This document shows, piece after piece, positions 7,201 through 13,690 of a stretch of DNA of 16,839 nt (its first letter is position 1; every line of letters begins with the position of its first letter). Below the pieces are notes generated by a model, which saw nothing but the letters and a program-made list of their open reading frames with translations, had not been told where the DNA came from and did not search any database. The translations under genes and the position numbers were made by a program. The DNA comes from Okeania sp. (GTDB taxonomy: Bacteria > Cyanobacteriota > Cyanobacteriia > Cyanobacteriales > Microcoleaceae): the NCBI RefSeq assembly GCF_035285525.1, contig NZ_JAYKGW010000121.1:1-16839 (forward strand), read 5' to 3'.

Positions 7201-8069
7201 GACTGGTTGATAATTGTTTCCCCATCCTCATCAAACAGTGTGATATTGGCATTAGCTGTCAAACTGTCCAACACAACATTGACATGGTTTAACTCTTCAG
7301 TGAGAGTAAATTGATAGAAGTCACTAATATCTCTGATACCTTTTTCCCGAAAACCTATCTCGCCGTAGATCGACTGTTCTTTCTTACCTAACTCTCCTAA
7401 GTCAGTTGCTCCACTTGGTTCCGGATCGAGGTCTTCGAGTATTTCCTCAGCACTAATAGTCAGATCATAGTCAGTTTTAGCATTACCTTGAGGGTAAACT
7501 CGCAAGTAATAAGTACCTTTCTCTAAGTCTGCTTCAATATTTTCTGCCTTCTTACCTGTTTCTGTGGACTCAGATAAAACAAACTTACCATCTGTATCCC
7601 GTAATTCTAGATTGGCATTATCTGTGAGGCTATCTACTAATATACTGACCTCGTTTTCTTCCCCTGTTAGGGTGAATTTGTAGTAGTCATTTTTGTCTGT
7701 AGTCCCACCAGACGTAGTACCAATATCGTCACTGTAGGTAATTGGAGCATCTCCCACTTCGCCTAAGTCGAAGGCTGTTTTCACATTATTCCCTGGGTCT
7801 TCACTTTTAGCCTTTCTGAGAACTATACTGGGTTCTTCTTTTGTTAAACCAGTAAGAATATCGGCATTATCATCGGTAGTATCTGGCTCTTCACTTTGAG
7901 TTTCATCAACTAAAGTTGTCAGCGGTGACTCGATAGGTTCCTCTAATAAAGGGGAGAGGTTTTCCACATCCGATTGAATACCACTGATGGGTATTTGTGT
8001 CAAGTCGGACTGTTCGTTTTCTATTGAAATTAAGGAGTTATTTTCTGACCCTGATTCTAGGAAGTTCAT
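4203..8069 (-). CDS. giant acidic repeat protein: 6 PPC (pre-peptidase C-terminal type) domains plus 5 cadherin-like / tandem-95-type repeats
   Basis: 1288-aa ORF. It has six ~110-aa repeats with the PPC signature: D(Y/F)YxFxL...(V/I)xLDxLxxNAxLELxDxDG...E(E/T)IxxxLExGTYYxRVxPxG...Y(x)L. These fall at about aa 97-808 (nt 5646-7781). Five ~95-aa repeats follow: PIxDIxVxEDAPNQxIDLSSVFTDxD...LVxATIxGNNLxLDxLxNxxGxAxIxVxAxSxG...DTFxVNVxSVxDP. These fall at about aa 812-1288 (nt 4206-5636). The N-terminal ~95 aa are strongly acidic with no hydrophobic signal-peptide core. Confidence 0.85.
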   Translation of the reverse strand: MNFLESGSENNSLISIENEQSDLTQIPISGIQSDVENLSPLLEEPIESPLTTLVDETQSEEPDTTDDNADILTGLTKEEPSIVLRKAKSEDPGNNVKTAFDLGEVGDAPITYSDDIGTTSGGTTDKNDYYKFTLTGEENEVSILVDSLTDNANLELRDTDGKFVLSESTETGKKAENIEADLEKGTYYLRVYPQGNAKTDYDLTISAEEILEDLDPEPSGATDLGELGKKEQSIYGEIGFREKGIRDISDFYQFTLTEELNHVNVVLDSLTANANITLFDEDGETIINQSREKGKKKEEIDQVLEAGTYYLQVEPQGTAKTEYRLSVDSDRIYDPDGTIDLAQKIEVGEEPENFTDKIGFQEYGQRDQRDYYQFTLENDKEVNITLDGLNQNADLELQDYLGNLLFSSSQKSKALDEITSILEPGDYHILVKPFGSARTKYNLSINATDPKDLDGQVPGQDLGKLGEDEIKKTDNIGFTKGGFIDANDYSKFELTEETDLTIQLDGLSQNADLELYDSDGTTLLYESSNKGKVAEEINQVLEPGVYYTRVKKVGSNKTKYSLSLSGIPTDDGDDNPPGNDLEVVLGEDPVTISDQVGFTIGSVKDFQDYYNFTLTKESEVNITLDGLTGNGKLELLAEDNTSLLGTSDNSKQKSETIDEILEPGTYYVRVSPGGNGAGKTKYNLEISADENKDDYPTPATAKELGNLNQKFTIDENNDVGFTKGTIRDLVDYFSFELTESAEVNLTLDKLNRNANLELLDGDGDTILDQSENLGKTQESITKELNPGTYYARVIPVGKAKTEYELSLQTDRVPTVVKPIEDIEVNEDAANEEIDLSKYFTDADSELIYKVTKNTNTDLVNPSINGDILTLDFLDDKFGTTNIRVKATAANDGKFVTDTFAVNVASVEDPLVISNPIGNKNVYEDAPNQTIDLFSVFTDADPDSIITFATPINDNPDLVNATIKGNNLILDYLDNQHGKAEISVSAESNGETKTDTFTVKVVSVDDPPIRLNPILDINVDEDAPNQTIDLSSVFTDIDSTLTFIPTNNNPGLVSATIEENNLTLDFLDNKFGTAKISVVAKSKGKTVTDTFTVNVAPIDDLAFKRGEIPDVNVDEDAPNQIIDLSSVFIDIDNPFTFIQTNNNPGLVSETIEGNNLTLDFLDNQFGKAEIMVVAESNGLFLSDTFAINVASVEDILVPNPIDDINVYKNSPNQKIDLYSLFTDPDPDSIITFLAPTNTNPGLLSATIKGNNLILDYLENQLGTAQITVSAVSNGQTVTNTFTVNVAQCG

Positions 8070-8310
8070 TGTTTATTTGAGAAAAATTTAGTATTGTAAA
8101 CTATTTGGTCAAATGAACACCCAATTTTAAGGATGTCCTCTTAGAGAGCGATCGCTACAAAACCACTCTTTATTTTTAGCGGCATCATAGTATTCTCTGT
8201 AGTTCCTGGCAAAGTTGTTTGCATTCGGGATGGATAATAACACACCTATTAGGAAAAGTCACCTTTTTGTAAAGATTTAAAATTTTTTCCCTGGTAAATT
8301 AGTCATTTTA

Positions 8311-8499
8311 ATTATTTACCGGAAAAAGTGCATAATTTTTGACTCGAAAAAACGATATATATTAATTACCTTTTTTTCTGTGAAACAACTGCATAATTAT
8401 TTACCGGAAAAAGTGCATAATTTTTGACTCGAAAAAACGATATATATTAATTACCTTTTTTATCTGAAAACACTACATAGTTTTTGACTTCAAAAATCC
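8311..8499. repeat. 85-bp tandem repeat (2 full units plus a partial) in the divergent intergenic region
   Basis: ATTATTTACCGGAAAAAGTGCATAATTTTTGACTCGAAAAAACGATATATATTAATTACCTTTTTT starts at 8311 and at 8396. Inside, a ~24-nt motif TGCATAATTWTTKACYSGAAAAA recurs at about 8329, 8390 and 8414, with a degenerate copy at 8474. Confidence 0.9.
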
Positions 8500-8598
8500 G
8501 AGGTGTCCCAAACCAACTTTTTTTTCACAGAGACCATTTTTTAGTCATCAGCAGCAATGTCTATCTATAAAAAAGATGGGCATCCCTCAAAAAGCATC

Positions 8599-8616
8599 TT
8601 TGCCAAACCTGGCAAA
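8599..8616. promoter_or_regulatory. 18-bp perfect palindrome TTTGCCA-N4-TGGCAAA, candidate operator
   Basis: Exact 7-bp inverted arms are visible in the 848-bp region between the two divergent giant genes. No binding protein can be assigned from sequence. Confidence 0.25.
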
Positions 8617-8707
8617 TTATAGTTACAGCAGTTTCCAAAGTTATAGCAATCGAAGCAAAGGTTAGAACGCATCAAAAGTCTAAAACCCAGACAAAGCAAA
8701 ATTTTTA

Positions 8708-8747
8708 CTTCTGCCTTCTGCCCTCTCTCTGCCCTCTGCCTTCTGCT
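8708..8747. repeat. STRR-like heptamer microsatellite (CTGCCYT-type)
   Basis: TTCTGCC TTCTGCC CTCTCTCTGCC CTCTGCC TTCTGCT, visible directly. Confidence 0.8.
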
Positions 8748-8917
8748 ATATGAGGTACACTTTCGCGGGCTTTCCGGCCTCCACTACAATATTTTGAGCA
8801 TTTACCCTGTAGATCCCTTGCCCGAAATCTGCTGTAAGTTGCAGCCTGTTGAAGTTTGTAATAAACTGACATTTGTGCAATTTATATTTTTTACAGTTAT
8901 ATCAAGGGGAGCATTCA

Positions 8918-11761
8918 ATGAGTGATTTGGAATACAACTTCAGTTATCCTGGCCCATCTCTGGAGTCAGCTTGGTCTACCACTAAAGATGCCCTGATGAA
9001 CTTTGCTACTAACCCGAATTTCTTGAGAAATCTGGAGACTGCTTTTGGCAGCGACCTTGACTTGGAGAAGGCGACTGAGTTAGCTACTGTCTGGGGAACA
9101 GGAGATTTTAGGGGTTTACCTGAGATTGAGGTTCGCTCTAACAGTGAGATGAATGGGGCGATGGGTGCTTTTTCAACAGAAACTAATACGATCTATTTTT
9201 CCCAGGAATATTTAAGTGGGAATGCTGATAATGCTGAGGTAGTTGCTGCTGTCTGGTTGGAGGAAATCGGTCATTTTGTTGATTCGATTGTTAATAGTCA
9301 GGATGCTGTCGGAGATGAAGGAGATATTTTTTCCCGGTTACTACGGGGGGATGTGTTGAGTGGGTTGGAGTTGGAGTTTTTGCAGAGTCAGGATGATAGT
9401 GCGGTTGTTATTTTGGATGGAGTTGAAATAGCGATCGAGATGAATACCTTGTCTGGGGATGGAGCAACTATTGAAGGAGCGATCGCTGTTCCTTTTGAAG
9501 AAGATAAGTTTACTTTTACGGGTAAAGCAGGAGATATTATCACTCTGGGTGCAGACAACCGTTTGGGTGGACGTTTAAGTATAACACTACTAAATCCTGA
9601 CGGTTCTGAATTGGAATCAACATACTTCTACAGCTCAAATCCAGAAATTAGTCGCATTCGGTTACCCAGTAATGGTACTTACACTGTCATAGTTGATGGC
9701 TATGATTCAGATATAGGTGACTACACCTTGGGTTTATCTAACTTAAGCCAAGATTCTACTACCAAATTATCTGGAGATGGAGCTACAGTGAATGGTAAAA
9801 TCGACTTTATATTTGACGAAGATATTTTTAGTTTTGAAGGTAAAGCAGGAGAAATTATTACTTTGGGTGCAGACAAGCGCTTCGATGGAGGTTTAAGTAT
9901 AACACTGCTAAATCCTGACGGTTCTGAATTGGAATCAACAACGTCTTTCTACAGCTCAAATCCAAAAATTAGTCGCATTCGGTTACCCAGTAATGGTACT
10001 TACACTGTCATAGTTGATGGCTATAATTTAGATATAGGTGACTACACCTTGGGTTTATCTAACTTAAGCCAAGATTCTACTACCAAATTATCTGGAGATG
10101 GAGCTACAGTCAATGGTAAAATCGACTTTATATTTGACGAAGATACTTTTAGTTTTGAAGGTAAAGCAGGAGATATTATCACTCTGGGTGCAGACAAGCG
10201 CTTCGATGGAGGTTTAAGTTTAACACTGCTAAATCCTGACGGTTCTGAATTGGAATCAACATACTTCTACAGCTCAAATCCAGAAATTAGTCGCATCCAG
10301 TTACCTAGTAATGGTACTTATACTGTCATCGTCGATGGTGAAGATTTAGATACAGGTAAGTACATATTGGGTTTATCTAACTTAAGGCAAGATTCTGCGA
10401 CTCCTATACTAGAAGATAAAGCCACAATTAATAGTAGTATCGACTTTATCTTTGATGAAGACATTTTTACTTTTGAAGGCAAAACTAAAGATGTTATTAC
10501 CCTGGAAGCAGACAACCGTTTGGGTGGACGTTTAAGGTTAACAGTGCTATATCCTGACGGTTCTGAATTCAAATCAACATCTTTCACTAGCTTAGATCCA
10601 GAAATTAGTAATGTTCAGTTACCTGGCAATGGTACTTACACCGTAATAGTTGATGGTGAGTATTTAGATATAGGAGAATACAGTTTAAGTGCATTTGGTT
10701 TATCTAATCAAGACCCCACTGGAACCAACAAAGCAGATAATCTCCAAGGCAACCGTGTTGACAATAAAATTAACGGCCAAGGTGGTAACGATACAATTAG
10801 CGGTGGAGAAGGTAACGACGAGTTAAACGGTGATGTCGGAAACGATAGTCTAGATGGAGGTAGAGGTAGCGATCGCCTTATCGGTGGTGACGGTAACGAT
10901 ATCCTTGATGGTGGTGAGGATGCCGATACCTTAAATGGTGGTTTAGGTAATGATATCTATATCATAGATAACAGCAAAGACAAAATCCAAGAAAAAAGTA
11001 ACAGCGGAACGGACACTATACAAGCATCTATTAGTATCAATCTCAAAGACTTCAAGAATGTTGAAAACATCGTCCTCACTGGTAGCAAACCCCTTAAAGG
11101 TATTGGTGGCCAAGGTAAAAACCAGATCGATGGCAACCGAAGTCAAAACCAAATTGATGGTCAAGCAGGCAACGACACCATCAATAGCGGTGGCGGTAAT
11201 GACAACATCCTCGGTGGCTCAGGCCATGATATCGTCAACGGTGGTACTGGTAACGACGTTATCAACGGTGGTGCAGGTAACGATACGTTAAATGGTGGTA
11301 GTGGCAACGATAACTTGATCGGTGGCAGTGGCAGAGACGAACTTATAGGTAGAACAGGCAACGATCGCCTCACTGGAAATTCTGGCAACGACACCTTAAC
11401 TGGTGGCGGTGGCAAAGACCGCTTTATCTACGACAGCGAACGACGTTTTCGCACAGGAGACTTCGGTGTAGATACAATTACAGATTTTATTGTAGGTCAA
11501 GACCACATCGTTCTCGACAAAACTACTTTCACCAGTCTCGATAGCAGAGCAGGCAACCGCCTGTCCGCTAAAGATTTCGCCATTCTTAAAGACAATGCCG
11601 ACGCAGCTACCAGCAGCGCCGAAATTGTATACAACTCCAGCACTGGAGACCTATTTTACAACGCCAACGGCGATGTCGCTGGTTTTGGCAGTGGCGGCAA
11701 ATTTGCCATTTTAACCAACGAACCAGCTCTCAGTCGTACCGATTTTATCTTACAGAATTAG
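8918..11761 (+). CDS. RTX (hemolysin-type calcium-binding) repeat protein with 4 PPC-like domains; likely type I secretion substrate
   Basis: The ORF is open from 8873 (TTG). I prefer the ATG at 8918, which is preceded by AAGGGGA. The N-domain (~180 aa) contains VWLEEIGHFVDS...GDEGDIFSRLL. Four 106-107-aa repeats (GDGATVNGKIDFIFDEDxFSFEGKAGxIITLGAD...LLNPDGSELES...LPSNGTYTVIVDGY...GDYTLGLS) occupy nt 9449 to about 10720. There are two blocks of GGxGxDxLx nonapeptides, about 7 (nt ~10780-10965) and about 10 (nt ~11160-11430). The tail is RTX-typical: DRFIY...DTITDF..GQDHIVLDKTTF...IVYNSSTGDLFYNANG. Confidence 0.9.
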   Translation: MSDLEYNFSYPGPSLESAWSTTKDALMNFATNPNFLRNLETAFGSDLDLEKATELATVWGTGDFRGLPEIEVRSNSEMNGAMGAFSTETNTIYFSQEYLSGNADNAEVVAAVWLEEIGHFVDSIVNSQDAVGDEGDIFSRLLRGDVLSGLELEFLQSQDDSAVVILDGVEIAIEMNTLSGDGATIEGAIAVPFEEDKFTFTGKAGDIITLGADNRLGGRLSITLLNPDGSELESTYFYSSNPEISRIRLPSNGTYTVIVDGYDSDIGDYTLGLSNLSQDSTTKLSGDGATVNGKIDFIFDEDIFSFEGKAGEIITLGADKRFDGGLSITLLNPDGSELESTTSFYSSNPKISRIRLPSNGTYTVIVDGYNLDIGDYTLGLSNLSQDSTTKLSGDGATVNGKIDFIFDEDTFSFEGKAGDIITLGADKRFDGGLSLTLLNPDGSELESTYFYSSNPEISRIQLPSNGTYTVIVDGEDLDTGKYILGLSNLRQDSATPILEDKATINSSIDFIFDEDIFTFEGKTKDVITLEADNRLGGRLRLTVLYPDGSEFKSTSFTSLDPEISNVQLPGNGTYTVIVDGEYLDIGEYSLSAFGLSNQDPTGTNKADNLQGNRVDNKINGQGGNDTISGGEGNDELNGDVGNDSLDGGRGSDRLIGGDGNDILDGGEDADTLNGGLGNDIYIIDNSKDKIQEKSNSGTDTIQASISINLKDFKNVENIVLTGSKPLKGIGGQGKNQIDGNRSQNQIDGQAGNDTINSGGGNDNILGGSGHDIVNGGTGNDVINGGAGNDTLNGGSGNDNLIGGSGRDELIGRTGNDRLTGNSGNDTLTGGGGKDRFIYDSERRFRTGDFGVDTITDFIVGQDHIVLDKTTFTSLDSRAGNRLSAKDFAILKDNADAATSSAEIVYNSSTGDLFYNANGDVAGFGSGGKFAILTNEPALSRTDFILQN
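9449..10720 (+). repeat. intragenic 318/321-bp tandem repeats (4 units) with mosaic near-identity
   Basis: Units start at 9449, 9767, 10088 and 10406. Units 2 and 3 have near-identical 5' halves. Units 1 and 2 have near-identical 3' halves. Unit 4 is more diverged. Confidence 0.9.
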
Positions 11762-11829
11762 AGTATAGAGATTGCTTCGGGGGAGGAAATGCTCTTGAAA
11801 AAAAACTTACAGCAATGCATGAGGATGTT

Positions 11830-11932
11830 GAGGTACACTTAAATATCTTTGTAGCACAGCCTTCGTTTGCTGTAACAACCTGGAAGGTTATGTTACCAGA
11901 ATTACTAAACAGAAAATAAAATTTTGTACCTC
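11830..11932. mobile_element. small inverted-repeat element (GAGGTACA ... TGTACCTC)
   Basis: 8-bp perfect inverted termini lie at 11830-11837 and 11925-11932. A solitary GAGGTACAC is also present at 8752-8760. Only the short termini support this call. Confidence 0.35.
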
Positions 11933-12230
11933 ACGCGCCTCCGAAACTGATGTAGCTTTCAGCGACCCCCTCGCAATGACGGGAGGAAATACGAATTAGC
12001 GATCGCGCCAGCAGTGCGGAGCATTATCGCTCCTCTCCCAAACCAACTAGATTTGACGAGCGATGATCGCAATACTAAAAAAATCCCCAGATCAAAGACG
12101 GCCATCCACCCGCTCATAATCATCTACTAAGAATAGTTGTTGTCAAGAGGCAGTTACTCTTTTCCCAAACCAGCTAGATTTGAGCAGCGATCGCTAGTCA
12201 ACTAACACAACTTCACTCACCAGCAAATTG

Positions 12231-12691
12231 TCAAACTCTATTGTAGAGGCTAAGGCTAATCCGAAAATTCTTTTCAGAAATCAACCGCTCCAAGATTGGC
12301 TTAATTTCTAAAATCAAACCTTTTCTCTTCCCTTCCTGCAATACAGCTAACAACCCACTTATTTTATTCACTCCCAACTCCAAAGCTACTTTTCTTCCCC
12401 TACTCTTCCCCTACGCTCATCTAGCAGTAACAAATCTGCATCCAGTTCCAAAGCTAAAATGACTGCCTCTGCTGTTCCCATACTCCCTGGCGATTTTCAA
12501 CTTTCCGATTTTCAATCCAATCTAAATAAAGTTTGAACCTCAACCGTACCCGACACTTCATATCTTAGAGAAGCCATTTCATCATAAACTCCTTGAGGAA
12601 TAATGACGCGATCGTAAAGTTGCTCCAGAAGTTCCAAAGCTCCGACTGCTGAGAAATTAGTAATGAGTGAAGTATCGCTGACAACTATCAT
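12231..12691 (-). pseudogene. DUF3368-type PIN-like toxin partner of the UPF0175 antitoxin, frameshifted
   Basis: The minus-strand ATG at 12691-12689 overlaps the antitoxin stop in an ATGA overlap. Frame a reads MIVVSDTSLITNFSAVGALELLEQLYDRVIIPQGVYDEM...FRLD then stops. The homologous sequence continues in other frames: DWIENRKVEN.., GTAEAVILALELDADLLLLDERRGR.., ALELGVNKISGLLAVLQEGKRKGLILEIKPILERLISEKNFRISLSLY. That implies at least 3 frame breaks. Confidence 0.7.
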
Positions 12692-12933
12692 AACCTACCC
12701 ATTTCCTGTAAAGTTTTAATGTCCTCCTCAAACTCTTCAACATCATAATGGATGCAAATACCGCCTTTGGCAATTTCCCGCTGAAACTCTAACAAATTAA
12801 TTCCAGCCCATCCACAAGCTTTACCAATACTAATTCTATCTTGTTGAAATAACATAATAGCAATTTCCAACTTTAATTGTGATTCAGACATTCGAGCCGA
12901 TTTCAGCACGTCATCAGGAATAACTACACTCAT
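12688..12933 (-). CDS. UPF0175-family antitoxin-like protein
   Basis: 81-aa ORF. SESQLKLEIAIMLFQQDRISIGKACGWAGINLLEFQREIAKGGICIHYDVEEFEEDI fits the UPF0175 pattern (LKLElAvxLYqqgkLSxGKAxxlAGxxxxEFxxxLxxxgIPxxYdxEdlEeDl). A strong AGGAGG lies 7 nt upstream of the ATG. Confidence 0.8.
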   Translation of the reverse strand: MSVVIPDDVLKSARMSESQLKLEIAIMLFQQDRISIGKACGWAGINLLEFQREIAKGGICIHYDVEEFEEDIKTLQEMGRL

Positions 12934-12937
12934 TTTT

Positions 12938-13096
12938 TTACCTCCTTTTAATAGGTTTAGGATAAAGTTTTATAGCATCTTGGATATTAGTCATTGCCTC
13001 CTCAATAGTTTCTCTTTCACTAATACAACCAGGAAGTGAAGGAACATAAACCGTATATCCACCTTCCTCAATTGGTTCTAATACAACTTTATATAT
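12938..13096 (-). pseudogene. HicB-like (UPF0150) small antitoxin-type ORF lacking a canonical start codon
   Basis: The open frame reads (I)YKVVLEPIEEGGYTVYVPSLPGCISERETIEEAMTNIQDAIKLYPKPIKRR. This matches the HicB N-domain pattern (GGYxAxxPxLPGCxSxGETxEEAxxNxxEAI). The first open codon after an upstream TAA is ATA. There is no in-frame ATG, GTG or TTG. Confidence 0.55.
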
Positions 13097-13141
13097 TTAT
13101 AGTTATATTCGTTAACTGACTTATTGATTTGAGCACGAAAA

Positions 13142-13450
13142 TTAAGGAATAGTGCTTTCTCTAAAAACGTCTTCTTCAAACTCTTCAACATCATAATAAA
13201 CATCTCCGGAGAAGAGGGAACACTTAACTGGGAACAGAGAATGGGGAAGATTAATTGATGATTTATGGATAATAATTGATGATATTTTTGATTTTTGGAG
13301 ATGTCTAATGGATAGAAATACCGCATTTGGCAATTTCCTGTTTAGACTCTAACAAATTAATTACAGCCCAACGACGCGCTCTACCAATACTAATTCTATC
13401 TTTTTGTAGCACGGTCTTTAAAAATATGAGCTTTTCTTTCCTTCTTGAAT
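13142..13450 (-). pseudogene. second UPF0175 paralogue, N-terminally degenerate and interrupted by a MITE
   Basis: The minus strand reads ..EKLIFLKTVLQKDRISIGRARRWAVINLLESKQEIAKCGISIH, then the ~107-bp insert, then YYDVEEFEEDV. It aligns with 12688-12933 at both DNA and protein level. I found no start codon. Confidence 0.65.
13199..13305. mobile_element. MITE inserted in the UPF0175 paralogue
   Basis: Termini are ACATCTCC(GGAGA) at 13200 and (TTTTT)GGAGATGT at 13297-13304, flanked by TAAT on both sides (13194-13197 and 13306-13309). The intact paralogue has a single uninterrupted CATCATAATGGAT at that point. The interior carries GGGAACACTTAACTGGGAAC, shared with 1541-1560. Confidence 0.7.
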
Positions 13451-13690
13451 AATAAAACTATATCAAAATACTAAGGATTTAATCATGATTTTTGCTCATT
13501 TTTTTTTGAGGAAGTTTTGATATTATGAAGAATTTAATCTCTGCTATAAAATTGCTAATGCTTGATAAGTTTACCGAAAGTAAAGCTTCTTTAGCTAACC
13601 ATAATCCAGGGAAATATTGACTAAAAATAATACTTTTTTATTGACTTTAAAATTAATATATTTTCCTTTTTTTAGCCTAAATTAATCAAT

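Noticed and set aside
8599-8625. Sigma-54-type promoter (TGGCA..N..TTGC) at the palindrome
   Set aside because: The downstream element does not match (TGGCAA-ATTAT-AGTTA). As far as I know, cyanobacteria lack sigma-54. It is kept only as a generic palindromic operator candidate.
8918-9448. Calling the RTX protein N-domain an active zinc metalloprotease
   Set aside because: The canonical HExxH is absent (the sequence is LEEIGH), and I saw no third-ligand motif. It is reported only as a degenerate or unknown module.
9449-10720. Diversity-generating retroelement (template/variable repeat pair) as the explanation for the near-identical segments
   Set aside because: There is no reverse transcriptase gene in the window. 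The differences between units are not adenine-specific (for example G>C, T>C and A>T changes between units 2 and 3).
10318-11415. Four short ORFs (10318-10587 minus, 10943-11164 minus, 11058-11291 plus, 11161-11415 minus)
   Set aside because: All lie inside the RTX gene. The Pro/Leu/Ser-rich translations are the typical alternative-frame or antisense artefacts of GGxGxD repeats.
13205-13210. Exact TCCGGA (heterocyst DIF1-like) hexamers at 13205-13210 and about 3499-3504, and ACCGGA in the 85-bp repeats
   Set aside because: The exact copies are part of MITE terminal inverted repeats (ACATCTCCGGAGA), and the hexamer is a short palindrome expected by chance. No appropriately spaced -10 box and gene context supports a promoter call.
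13078-13333. 82-aa and 63-aa minus-strand ORFs
   Set aside because: They are artefacts created by the MITE insertion into the UPF0175 paralogue. Only the C-terminal YYDVEEFEEDV of the 63-aa ORF is genuine gene remnant.
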